From contig JAJZBQ010000011.1 of the NCBI GenBank assembly GCA_021798835.1, forward strand, positions 7,005 to 71,004: a stretch of 64,000 nucleotides of DNA. Reading direction: 5' to 3'. The translations under genes and the position numbers were made by a program. The notes under the pieces were generated by a model. It was given only the letters and a program-made list of their open reading frames with translations, was not told the origin of the DNA and ran no database searches. Positions 1-10,172 of this stretch are shown piece after piece. Origin of the DNA: Pseudomonadota bacterium. GTDB taxonomy: Bacteria > Pseudomonadota > Gammaproteobacteria > Burkholderiales > Ferrovaceae. The stretch's first letter is position 1. Each line of letters begins with the position of its first letter.

Positions 1-1
1 T

Positions 2-313
2 GCGGCCGCTGATGTCAGTTTTGCCATCGCAACAGGTTCTGATATCGCCATGAAAACCGCCGATGTAACATTGATGAACAGCGATCTGTTAACCGTCCTG
101 GACGCGATCGAATTATCAAAAGCCACTCTCACCAAGATCAAGCAAAACCTGTTCTTTGCATTCATCTACAATATCTTGGGAATTCCCCTGGCCGCACTAG
201 GGATGCTTAACCCCGTTGTTGCCGGTGCCACCATGGCCATGAGTTCGGTGTCTGTCGTCAGCAACTCATTGCTGCTTCGACGATGGAAAGCAGTAGTGAA
301 ATCCCCTCACTGA
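2..313 (+). CDS. copA: Cu(I)-translocating P1B-type ATPase, C-terminal part (runs in from the window edge)
   Basis: Frame open from position 2; TM7 YNILGIPLA and TM8 MAMSSVSV match the YN / MxxS Cu(I) motifs; followed by copZ and csoR. Confidence 0.9.
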   Translation, partial: AAADVSFAIATGSDIAMKTADVTLMNSDLLTVLDAIELSKATLTKIKQNLFFAFIYNILGIPLAALGMLNPVVAGATMAMSSVSVVSNSLLLRRWKAVVKSPH

Positions 314-327
314 TAAGGAGCACGAAA

Positions 328-537
328 GTGACGATAACCACACTAAACATCCAAGGAATGACCTGCACTGGCTGTGTAAACAGCGTCAAGCGGGCTGTGG
401 GCAGTCTGCCAGGCATCCTGCAGACGCAAGTTTCCCTAGAAAGAAGTCAGGTCACCATTGAGTACAATCCAGCCCAGGTTTCACCAGAAAAATTGAAGAT
501 CGCCATCATGGATGCAGGTTATGATGTCAAAGACTGA
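328..537 (+). CDS. copZ: Copper chaperone (HMA domain)
   Basis: GMTCTGC (MxCxxC) motif; GTG start at 328 chosen after AAGGAG RBS. Confidence 0.9.
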   Translation: MTITTLNIQGMTCTGCVNSVKRAVGSLPGILQTQVSLERSQVTIEYNPAQVSPEKLKIAIMDAGYDVKD

Positions 538-838
538 GTCCCCTACACCGTGCCATGACGGAGAAAAAACTGTTACACAACCCCACAAGAAAGCACTGCT
601 CAACCGTTTGAACCGCATTGCTGGCCAAGTCAAGGGAATCAGCAACATGATCGAAAGTGACCGTTACTGCATCGACATACTGACACAAATAAGCGCCATC
701 CAGTCGGCTCTCAATGCCGTGGTCATGCAACTTATCGAAGACCATACCAAAGGTTGTGTGCGAAAAGCCATATGGGAAGGAGATGGCGATGTAGCCATCT
801 CGGAATTGATGGGAGTTCTCAAAAAAATTAACCGGTAA
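521..838 (+). CDS. csoR: CsoR/RcnR-family metal-sensing repressor
   Basis: RLNRIAGQVKGI..YCIDILTQ..EDHTKGCV (C-H-C ligand pattern); start could be 512, 521 or 524. Confidence 0.85.
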   Translation: MMSKTESPTPCHDGEKTVTQPHKKALLNRLNRIAGQVKGISNMIESDRYCIDILTQISAIQSALNAVVMQLIEDHTKGCVRKAIWEGDGDVAISELMGVLKKINR

Positions 839-979
839 TCCTGTGTGCACCAACTATGTAACTCATCAAGCAAGCGCTATTCTTGAAAAAGCGAGACTTG
901 GTAAATTATAGGATTTTCCAACCATGACGAGATTGATACTCTTTGATCAGTTGTATTCAGAAGCCGTAACTCTCGACCC

Positions 980-1900
980 TCAGCACTGGACAGACGAGGA
1001 CGACCAAACTGGATCAGTTCCCCTTCCCTCAAGCCGCAATTTCCCCCAAAACGTCTGAAACGCCCCAAAGCCGAAGGCAGTACACCCACCCAGTTGAAGA
1101 TTTTCTCCCAACTTGAACAGACTATAAAAAGCCCCCACGGGCCCAGCATAATCCAATACCCCTTCCCATCCGCTGAATGCCATAGGCTGCTCTGTACGCT
1201 TTGATTGTCTTGAAAATGACATTTTTTTAACTTTCTGGTTGACCAAAACAACACTTGCCGACTGCCGTTCCCAATCGCGCTGTTGCCCATCATCATAAGG
1301 AAGCGCCGCGCCAGTAGCGTGGGCTACCTGGCTTATTCGCCCGAGGAGACGGCGCACGAGCCCAGAAAAACTGGGAGGTCCGGCCATCACCCCATTGTCT
1401 TCTTTAAGAATCAATGGAGTGATGGTCGAAAACCGCAGGTTATTACGTTGCCCCATGTCGTAATTGAAAAACTCCCTGGTAATGCGATGCGCTTCGGGAG
1501 CTCCGATCATTTCATCTACCTGCCCATAGTAGTAAGGCATCGGGTCACTGGAGCCATACTGCGCCCAATCAATAGTAAAGCGGTGACGATCCTGCCCCCG
1601 CAGCCCCTGCCTTCCCATGGCCTTGATGATTTCCGTGATATCTAACCCGGCATGGCAGGCATCACCCAGCAAGGTCACGCGCAACCGTGGGTAGTTAGGC
1701 AAAGGGGGAACGAGGGAATAGAGTCTAGTTGAATTTTCCCCCTCACCATAGAGCAACGTAAACAGGGATGGAGCAACATGACTCAAGGTATTTCCCAGCG
1801 CCCCATGCCAGACAGTGTGCCACTCATTATGAGGTAAATCCCCATGCAAAAAGAAGTCAAGCACCAGACAACACAGCGGGGGTTTGATCGGCTCTATCAT
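980..1900 (-). CDS. cas6: Cas6-family RAMP endoribonuclease (type III-associated/DUF2276-like), solitary
   Basis: N-terminal HGALG; central TPLILK..PSFSGLVRRLLGRI; RQSKR..MAFSGWEG; C-terminal G-rich loop LGGCTAFGFG. Confidence 0.85.
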   Translation of the reverse strand: MIEPIKPPLCCLVLDFFLHGDLPHNEWHTVWHGALGNTLSHVAPSLFTLLYGEGENSTRLYSLVPPLPNYPRLRVTLLGDACHAGLDITEIIKAMGRQGLRGQDRHRFTIDWAQYGSSDPMPYYYGQVDEMIGAPEAHRITREFFNYDMGQRNNLRFSTITPLILKEDNGVMAGPPSFSGLVRRLLGRISQVAHATGAALPYDDGQQRDWERQSASVVLVNQKVKKMSFSRQSKRTEQPMAFSGWEGVLDYAGPVGAFYSLFKLGENLQLGGCTAFGFGAFQTFWGKLRLEGRGTDPVWSSSSVQC

Positions 1901-2172
1901 CTCTGGACTCTGGGATACTCATGTTCCACATCGTTCTCCATTACCTAGGAATGGTTGAAAAAATTCAGCATGACTCTTGACTCAGAGACAACTCCTCAAG
2001 ACTAAATGGTAAACCATTACATTAAATATAGGCAATCCCTGTTTAATCGCTATCCATCCCACTGTTCTTCCGTGTCTGCTGCGCATGAAACATTCACTGC
2101 ACCAAAATTTTTTATGGATTTGTCACTTGAAGACGATCAGTGCCGACAATCATGTCAGTTCCAGGTTACAAA

Positions 2173-5100
2173 TTATCCGGCCATTAGCAAACTTTCAAAC
2201 ATCGATGCTGGGATAGGCTTGGAATAAAGGTATCCCTGAAGATAGTCACAGCAGAAAGCCTGGAGCATCTCACGCTGCTCGTTCGTCTCCACTCCCTCGG
2301 CGATCGTCTTGATACCCAATTTATGCGCCATGATGATAATAGCTTCACTCAATGCCCTGCTTGATGAATCTGTCACCATTTTCTGGACAAACGACTTGTC
2401 GATCTTGAGATAGTCCACGTCAAACTGGTTCAGGTATGAAAGCGCCGAAAACCCGGTTCCGAAGTCATCGATAGACAATTCGATGCCATGTTCCTTGAAA
2501 AATTTGAATTTATTTCGAACCCTTTCAGAATCTGACAGCAACAGACTTTCTGTGATTTCAACGGTAATGGTATTCTCAGGTAACCCGGACTTGAGATAAC
2601 TTTCATGCCAGCGATGTACTTCTCCATGCATGAATTGTACTGAGGACTTATTCACACTGACCTGAATCAACTGTCCGGTGTTATCTCGCCATTTGGAAAT
2701 ATTCCTCAGAGATTCTTCAAAAACCCATTCACCAATACTCAAAATCAAACCTGATTCTTCTGCCAGTGGAATAAAATCGCCAGGATTTATCATGCCGAGA
2801 ACAGGGTGATGCCAGCGTAGCAATGCTTCTGCCTTGACGATACGACCACTTCGCGCATCTACAATCGGCTGAAAATATACTTCCAGTTGCTTCAGTTCAA
2901 TGGCTTTACGCAAATCATTGGTCATGTCAATGTTATGACGAGCCTTGTCCTGCATACTCTGCGTGAAATAATTGAACCGCGCCGTCTTTGAATACTTTGC
3001 CGCGTACATGGCTTGATCAGAGTGTTTCAATAGATCATCAATATTGCCAGCATCCTGGGGGTAAAGCGCAACACCGATACTTCCAGAAAGATGGGCAACA
3101 GTACCGCCACCCAAGTCGAAAGACATTTCCAGAGACTTCAGAACACTCTGAATCACACGATCGATGTTTTCCTTCTCTTCATATTCGGGGAGAATGATGG
3201 CAAATTCATCCCCTCCCAGTCTGGCCAGTGTGTCCGTATCCCTTATATGCTTCCGGATACGCTTGGCTGTTTCAATCAGCAGAATATCTCCCTTGTCATG
3301 CCCCAACGTATCATTGACTTCTTTAAACTTGTCAAGATCAAGAAACAATAATGCCAAGGAAGTCCGGTTTCGTATGATCCTTTTAATTTCTTGCTCAAGT
3401 CGGTCACGAAACAATCTCCTGTTGGGAAGCGCCGTTAGATAGTCGTAATAAGCCAGTTGCTGAATCCTTTCTTCCGCCAACTTTCGATCAGTAATTTCAC
3501 GCGATAACATGATGAAGTGCTGATGCTGAATCTGTTTTGTGGACATTTTGGCGGTGGATAGTTCAAACCAGCACTGACCATGGGGCAAATCAAGACAGAT
3601 GACCTGTCCCTTTGACTTTCCGTGGACCCATGCCTCTTTTAAGGCAATCATGACCGTTTCTGCCGCTTCGGCAGGTAAAACATCACTGACTGATTTACCT
3701 AATAGAGCCTCCTTCTGTTTTGCCAGCAAGGCGGGATCATGTGCCCAGAGATTTATGTATTGTCCATTCAAGTCAAGTTCAAACATCAGATCGGGGATGG
3801 CATTCATCACGCCTTCCGTAAAATCAATATGCTGCAGTAATGCGTACTCAGACAGTTTTCTCTGGGTAATATCCACTGAGTAAATAATACGTTTATCCGG
3901 CATTCCGCGGCGATCATAAATCGTCGTAATATCCACCTGAACCGGAAAACAATGACCATCTCTAGCTTTATGTTCACACTCGGCCACAAAATGAGATTTT
4001 TTTTGAAGTTCCGCAAGAATACCTTCTAAAGCCTCAAAGTTCGGATAGACCGTTACAATATCCCGCCCTTCCAGTTCAGTACGGTCATAACCATGCTCTC
4101 TGGCATAGGCCGGGTTGACGGAGATAAAGCGATTCGTTGTCGCATCTGAAATAGCCAGACCAAAATCCGCCTTCTCGAACAATTCAGCCCATAACTTCAA
4201 CTGCTGCTGCGTTGCATAGATGTCAGTCATATTCACCGCATAAGCAATACGATTCAAAGGCGTGCCATCCTCAGAGAGAATTGTCGTGATGTCTAGTAAA
4301 ACGGGAAACCGATGACCATCCTTGGTAATATGCTCGCCTTCATACATCAGGTGTGTCTGAATATCCAGCAGTACCATCTTGCTGTTAAACTCTTCAACCC
4401 TATCCTGGGGAAATACTGACAAAACAGACTTGCCTATCAGTTCTTGTTGCGTATAGCCGCGCTCCTCTGCAAAAACCGGATTAACCAAGATAAACTGGTT
4501 GGTCAACGCATCGGTCACGGCAAGCGCAAGATGAGATTTCTCAAAGGATTCCGCCCATAACTTGAGTTTAACCAAAGCCTCTCTCTGCTCGGTAACATCG
4601 CGAAAAGTCACGGCACACTGGTTCGGTGCTGCTTGGTAGGCTGACACGGAGTAGTAAATTCCCAGCAGATCTGAACGTTGCTCAAACACGCTCGGTTCAC
4701 CGCTTAGTGCCACTTTCCCATAGGTTCCGATCCAGTCCGCCGAATCTCTTTCAATACCCGGCAGTACCTCAGTCAGACGTTTACCGATGACGTTAGCCCG
4801 GTGCAACCCAGTCGTGACTTCAAAATTCCTATTGGCCGCCAATATAATCAGGTCAATTGGGGTTCCCTGACTGTCCAGCAATACCTCAAACAACACGAAA
4901 CCCGCATTCATGTTTTCAAAGAGCAATCGAAACCTGGCCTCCGATGGGACAAGTGCATTGTCGGCCATTTTGTTTTCGGTAACATCTTCCATGGAAATGA
5001 CAATCCCACCTACTGCTTTCGTCTCTGTGTACCAGGGACGGATTTCCCAGTTCAACCACTGAACCGTGCCATTTTTTCGCTCAAAGCGATCTATTTTTGC

Positions 5101-5361
5101 CGTAACAACTTCACCCTGAAGTCCCTGAAGGCAGGCTTTCTTCCAATATTCCGTAATCTCTGGAAAGACTTCATAGTGGGACTTTCCAATAATATCTTGC
5201 TGCTCAAGATGATAATCATCCATCCAGCGCTTGCTGGCTGCCATATAACGCATGGAACAGTCAAACATCGCCACTGCCGCCAGCGCATGCTCAATGAAAA
5301 GACACAAAGAATCGTGACGTTGGGGCACCTCCTCTCCGCGTGGAATGCCGACCACTGTCAC
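2173..5361 (-). CDS. Multi-PAS diguanylate cyclase/phosphodiesterase (PAS x~5, GGDEF, EAL)
   Basis: RDTD-x5-GGDEF (I-site intact), EALLRW, IDDFGTGFS; repeated PAS/PAC segments; exact start uncertain. Confidence 0.92.
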   Translation of the reverse strand: MTVVGIPRGEEVPQRHDSLCLFIEHALAAVAMFDCSMRYMAASKRWMDDYHLEQQDIIGKSHYEVFPEITEYWKKACLQGLQGEVVTAKIDRFERKNGTVQWLNWEIRPWYTETKAVGGIVISMEDVTENKMADNALVPSEARFRLLFENMNAGFVLFEVLLDSQGTPIDLIILAANRNFEVTTGLHRANVIGKRLTEVLPGIERDSADWIGTYGKVALSGEPSVFEQRSDLLGIYYSVSAYQAAPNQCAVTFRDVTEQREALVKLKLWAESFEKSHLALAVTDALTNQFILVNPVFAEERGYTQQELIGKSVLSVFPQDRVEEFNSKMVLLDIQTHLMYEGEHITKDGHRFPVLLDITTILSEDGTPLNRIAYAVNMTDIYATQQQLKLWAELFEKADFGLAISDATTNRFISVNPAYAREHGYDRTELEGRDIVTVYPNFEALEGILAELQKKSHFVAECEHKARDGHCFPVQVDITTIYDRRGMPDKRIIYSVDITQRKLSEYALLQHIDFTEGVMNAIPDLMFELDLNGQYINLWAHDPALLAKQKEALLGKSVSDVLPAEAAETVMIALKEAWVHGKSKGQVICLDLPHGQCWFELSTAKMSTKQIQHQHFIMLSREITDRKLAEERIQQLAYYDYLTALPNRRLFRDRLEQEIKRIIRNRTSLALLFLDLDKFKEVNDTLGHDKGDILLIETAKRIRKHIRDTDTLARLGGDEFAIILPEYEEKENIDRVIQSVLKSLEMSFDLGGGTVAHLSGSIGVALYPQDAGNIDDLLKHSDQAMYAAKYSKTARFNYFTQSMQDKARHNIDMTNDLRKAIELKQLEVYFQPIVDARSGRIVKAEALLRWHHPVLGMINPGDFIPLAEESGLILSIGEWVFEESLRNISKWRDNTGQLIQVSVNKSSVQFMHGEVHRWHESYLKSGLPENTITVEITESLLLSDSERVRNKFKFFKEHGIELSIDDFGTGFSALSYLNQFDVDYLKIDKSFVQKMVTDSSSRALSEAIIIMAHKLGIKTIAEGVETNEQREMLQAFCCDYLQGYLYSKPIPASMFESLLMAG

Positions 5362-5548
5362 TCACCTATCAACAAAAAAACAGGCACTATGCGAGAAATG
5401 TCAGCAAATTGCATCTGAGATGGGGTCACAGTCTTACTCATCACTCAAGATTCCCTTTTTGGTATCTCTTGACATCCGCAGCAAATCGAACAGTTCTGAT
5501 CGGTTACCCGTTTGTGCAACGCCCGTGTACTACAACAAACATCAAAAA

Positions 5549-6862
<1,314 letters not shown>

Positions 6863-7840
6863 TCAGAATTGTGTGATAACCGGCAATAGCGCCTTCAGAT
6901 CAAAACTAAATCCCACTGCTGGTCGAGACTGACCAAAAATCATGCCGATCTCATCGTACCGCCCACCCCGCGCTACCGCATCAGGGAATTGAGGGTGATA
7001 TAACGCAAATACCAAGCCACTATGATAGTGGTAACCGCGCAATTCAGCCAAATCAAACGAGAGAGGAACCGCAATCGTGGACAGACATTCAGCAACCGCG
7101 CGCAAGGGGGCCAACACAATGTCCCGATCGTCCCAATCCGCCAGCAAAACATCCGCACGTTCCAATACCTCTGCAGCCGAACCAGACAAGCGAATCAACC
7201 CACTCAATCGGGTTCTCCAGGGATCTTCAAGTCGTGATGTCCAGGCCAGCCATCCTGGAATGTCACGACGTTGTAGACAGGCCAGACAGAACTTTTCATC
7301 TTCCGGGGATATCCCTGCCTGACCTATCAAACGACGAAATAATTCGACCTGTCCGATATCCAAATGCATCCCGGTAATTCCGAGAGTTTTCAGGGTATCC
7401 AGCAAGACGCTCAAAATTTCGAGATCTCCCTCAATGCCGGCGATGCCATATAGTTCGGCACCAACCTGATAAGGTTCGCGGGTATGAGAACCAGATTCTG
7501 GATGGGCATGCAACACCGGTCCAGCGTAACACAGACGATTAATCCCCTGATGATCCATGCCATGGGCATCAATACGTGCAGCCTGGAGTGTCATGTCCGG
7601 TCGAATACCCATTTGCCGTCCTGACAGAGGATCGGGAAAACGGAAGGTCATGGCATCGCGTGCATCGTGAGCACCATCCAGATCCAGGGAATCCGTGAAT
7701 TCCATTAGGGGTGGCATGACCAGATGATAGCCTACCGTTCGCAGAGCATCCAAAAAGCTTCGACGTGCCCCCTCAAGCCGCCAGGCAGCATCAGGTAACA
7801 AGTCTTCGATATGTTCGGGCAATAACCAGCGATAAGTCAT
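6863..7840 (-). CDS. hisZ: ATP phosphoribosyltransferase regulatory subunit
   Basis: WLLPEHIEDLLP, RPDMT..ARIDAH, RLCYAG, GGRYD; sits directly upstream of purA; start placed at MTYRW. Confidence 0.92.
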   Translation of the reverse strand: MTYRWLLPEHIEDLLPDAAWRLEGARRSFLDALRTVGYHLVMPPLMEFTDSLDLDGAHDARDAMTFRFPDPLSGRQMGIRPDMTLQAARIDAHGMDHQGINRLCYAGPVLHAHPESGSHTREPYQVGAELYGIAGIEGDLEILSVLLDTLKTLGITGMHLDIGQVELFRRLIGQAGISPEDEKFCLACLQRRDIPGWLAWTSRLEDPWRTRLSGLIRLSGSAAEVLERADVLLADWDDRDIVLAPLRAVAECLSTIAVPLSFDLAELRGYHYHSGLVFALYHPQFPDAVARGGRYDEIGMIFGQSRPAVGFSFDLKALLPVITQF

Positions 7841-7856
7841 GGATTTCTCTTTAATA

Positions 7857-8051
7857 TCAATGTACACGGGATAGCCAGGCAACCATTTGAAATAACAAGG
7901 TTCCCGCAACAATGGCAGTCACCCCTATGAAACGCACCTGCTGATCGTTCAGTTTGGACAGGCGAGCCAGAGTTTGCCGCCATCCATTAGGAGCGAGAAA
8001 GGGCAATATCCCCTCTAGCACCAACAATAAACCCAACGTGCGCAACAACAT
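7857..8051 (-). CDS. DUF2065 (YjeT-like) small membrane protein
   Basis: LGLLLVLEGILPFLAP..WR motif; usual position between hflC and hisZ/purA. Confidence 0.85.
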   Translation of the reverse strand: MLLRTLGLLLVLEGILPFLAPNGWRQTLARLSKLNDQQVRFIGVTAIVAGTLLFQMVAWLSRVH

Positions 8052-8061
8052 TTCCACGATC

Positions 8062-8955
8062 TTAGGGATGCCTCGAAGGGGTAGATTGAGTACCAGGGGA
8101 ATTAAAGTATCGAAAAAAAGGAGTAGATGGGTCAAGTATCAATACATCAGATCTCCCTTTAAACCCTTGACGATAATTTTCCAGACTACGATAAAACGCA
8201 TAGAATTCAGGATTCTTGCCATAAGCAGCGCTGTAGATCGCCGCGGCTTTGGCATCCCCTTCTCCTTTGATCTGCTGAGCATCGCGAAACGCTTCAGCCA
8301 GTATCACTTCACGTTGCCGGTCAGCATTGGCGCGAATTTTCTCAGCATCCCCATAACCGGTTGAACGCAACTCGTTGGCCACACGCTGTCTTTCTGCCTC
8401 CATGCGACGATAAACTGACTCGGTAACTTCCTGAGGCAATTCAACACGTCGAATACGTACGTCCAAGACCTGTACGCCAATTTCTTTGGCATCCTGGGCA
8501 GCACGCTCGCGCATGGCTGTCATAATGGCCTCACGATCACCGGATACAGCCTCATGAACCGTACGCTTGGCAAATGCTGCACGCAATTCGTCATTCACGG
8601 TTTGAGTCAGACGAATCTGTGCACGCCTCTCATCTCCCCCCACACTCACGTAGTACTGCTTGGGATCGCTAACTTGCCATTTGACAAAATAGTCGACCAG
8701 CAAGGGCTTTTTTTCAGAAGTAATAAAACGCTCAGGATCATTGTTATCAATGGTACGAATACGCCGATCAAACAAGCGAATATTCTGGAAAAGAGGAAAC
8801 TTTACATATAACCCTGGATCCTGTCGCACAGCAACCACCTGCCCCAACTGGAACACCACACCATACTGCGTCTGATCGACCGTATAAAAAGTACCCATGC
8901 CTACCAGAATCAGCACGACCATACCCGCTAACAGGGTTCCCCAGTATTTGGTCAT
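8062..8955 (-). CDS. hflC: FtsH modulator HflC
   Basis: SPFH domain; RMEAER, IRANADR, FYAFYRSL. Confidence 0.95.
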   Translation of the reverse strand: MTKYWGTLLAGMVVLILVGMGTFYTVDQTQYGVVFQLGQVVAVRQDPGLYVKFPLFQNIRLFDRRIRTIDNNDPERFITSEKKPLLVDYFVKWQVSDPKQYYVSVGGDERRAQIRLTQTVNDELRAAFAKRTVHEAVSGDREAIMTAMRERAAQDAKEIGVQVLDVRIRRVELPQEVTESVYRRMEAERQRVANELRSTGYGDAEKIRANADRQREVILAEAFRDAQQIKGEGDAKAAAIYSAAYGKNPEFYAFYRSLENYRQGFKGRSDVLILDPSTPFFRYFNSPGTQSTPSRHP

Positions 8956-10172
8956 GGACGGGCCTCCCGATCACGGCTTTTCATGGCATCCCGATTACGC
9001 AAATCAAGATCCACAGTTGCCGCTGGAGATTCTGAAGGAATCGGGGCCACCACGGGAGCAGAAGAGGGGGTACCCTTGTCTCCTGCCAGGTCTGCCAAAC
9101 TACTGGCCTGGATGAGTTTATCAAGCGGAAGATAAAGAAGCCCCGAACCCGATTTTTGATCAGCCAGAACTTTGGTGCTGTTGCTCAGTACCTGCTGCAT
9201 CATATCCTGGTATAGACGCTGACGCGTAACTTCCGGTGCCTTTACATATTGTGCCAATACCTGATCGAAACGACTGGCATCTCCATCTGCACGCACCTGT
9301 ACCCGCTGTGCATAGGCTTTGGCCTCTTCGATCAACCGCGAAGCAGCCCCACGCGCCTTGGGAATGACATCATTCGCATAGGCCTGCCCCTCGTTATTTT
9401 GGCGATCACGATCTTGTCCAGCCTTTACTGCATCATCAAAAGCCGCCTGAACTGCCTCGGGGGGTTGAGCATTCTGCATATTGACCTTGCTGATAAAAAT
9501 CCCTGTCTGATAGCGATCAAGCAGTTGTTGCATCAGTCGAGTGGCTTCCGCAGAGATCTGGGTACGCCCTTCATACAAAACAAAATCCATCTTGCTACGT
9601 CCAACGACTTCACGAATGGCCGTCTCCGCTGCCTGAACCACTGCACCATCAGGATTGCGGTTATTGAACAGGTAGGCTTTGGGATCCTTGATGGTGTACT
9701 GGATAGCATACTGATTATCGATGATATTCTCATCATCCGTAAGCATCAGAGATTCATGTAGAACTTTGGATTTCAATGAATTTCTATAGCCCAACTCCAC
9801 GGTTCTGACCTGTGCCACATTGAGGGGGCTTCCTGCCGCCTGTGATTCAATGGGAGATGGCCAGTGCCAATGAGGTCCAGATTCGGTCAATTCCTCAAAC
9901 TTGCCAAAACGCAGGATCACCCCAACATGCCCGGCATCGACAATGTAAAATCCTGAGAGAAGCCAGATAACCACTATCAGGGTAACACCAATCCCCAACA
10001 TACGTTCCGGGGTAGGAATGGGTAATGGTTGGCCCGGTGGTGGAGAGGAATCTGGACGTATCCCCAAGGAAGGCGTCTTCTTCCAGCGACGCAAGAAACG
10101 ACGCCAAATTTCATCCAGATCCGGTGGGGTCTGATTCAATAGCCAACCGAACATACCTTTATTACGTGCCAT
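8952..10172 (-). CDS. hflK: FtsH modulator HflK
   Basis: PPDLDE N-terminus, MLTDDENI, AFDDAVKA; start placed at MARNK, overlapping the hflX stop. Confidence 0.93.
   Translation of the reverse strand: MARNKGMFGWLLNQTPPDLDEIWRRFLRRWKKTPSLGIRPDSSPPPGQPLPIPTPERMLGIGVTLIVVIWLLSGFYIVDAGHVGVILRFGKFEELTESGPHWHWPSPIESQAAGSPLNVAQVRTVELGYRNSLKSKVLHESLMLTDDENIIDNQYAIQYTIKDPKAYLFNNRNPDGAVVQAAETAIREVVGRSKMDFVLYEGRTQISAEATRLMQQLLDRYQTGIFISKVNMQNAQPPEAVQAAFDDAVKAGQDRDRQNNEGQAYANDVIPKARGAASRLIEEAKAYAQRVQVRADGDASRFDQVLAQYVKAPEVTRQRLYQDMMQQVLSNSTKVLADQKSGSGLLYLPLDKLIQASSLADLAGDKGTPSSAPVVAPIPSESPAATVDLDLRNRDAMKSRDREARP

Noticed and set aside
924-1058. 44-codon plus-strand ORF (MTRLILFDQ...) with AGGA upstream, antisense to the cas6 3' end
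   Set aside because: Too short, no recognisable motif and overlaps a better-supported gene
1954-1989. 36-nt GTT...GAGAC stretch upstream of cas6 resembling CRISPR repeat ends, with a faint echo (TCTTGA..GAGAC) at 881-897
   Set aside because: Single copy, no spacer periodicity, weak internal stem, and the two stretches do not align beyond short words
866-5472. Recurrent TCAAG(A)/(T)CTTGA inverted pairs at 866-886, 1975-2001 and about 5445-5472
   Set aside because: Spacing and orientation differ between sites, which is consistent with chance
5362-5548. Possible c-di-GMP riboswitch upstream of the GGDEF-EAL gene
   Set aside because: No GEMM-type conserved motifs or stems recognised on the coding strand
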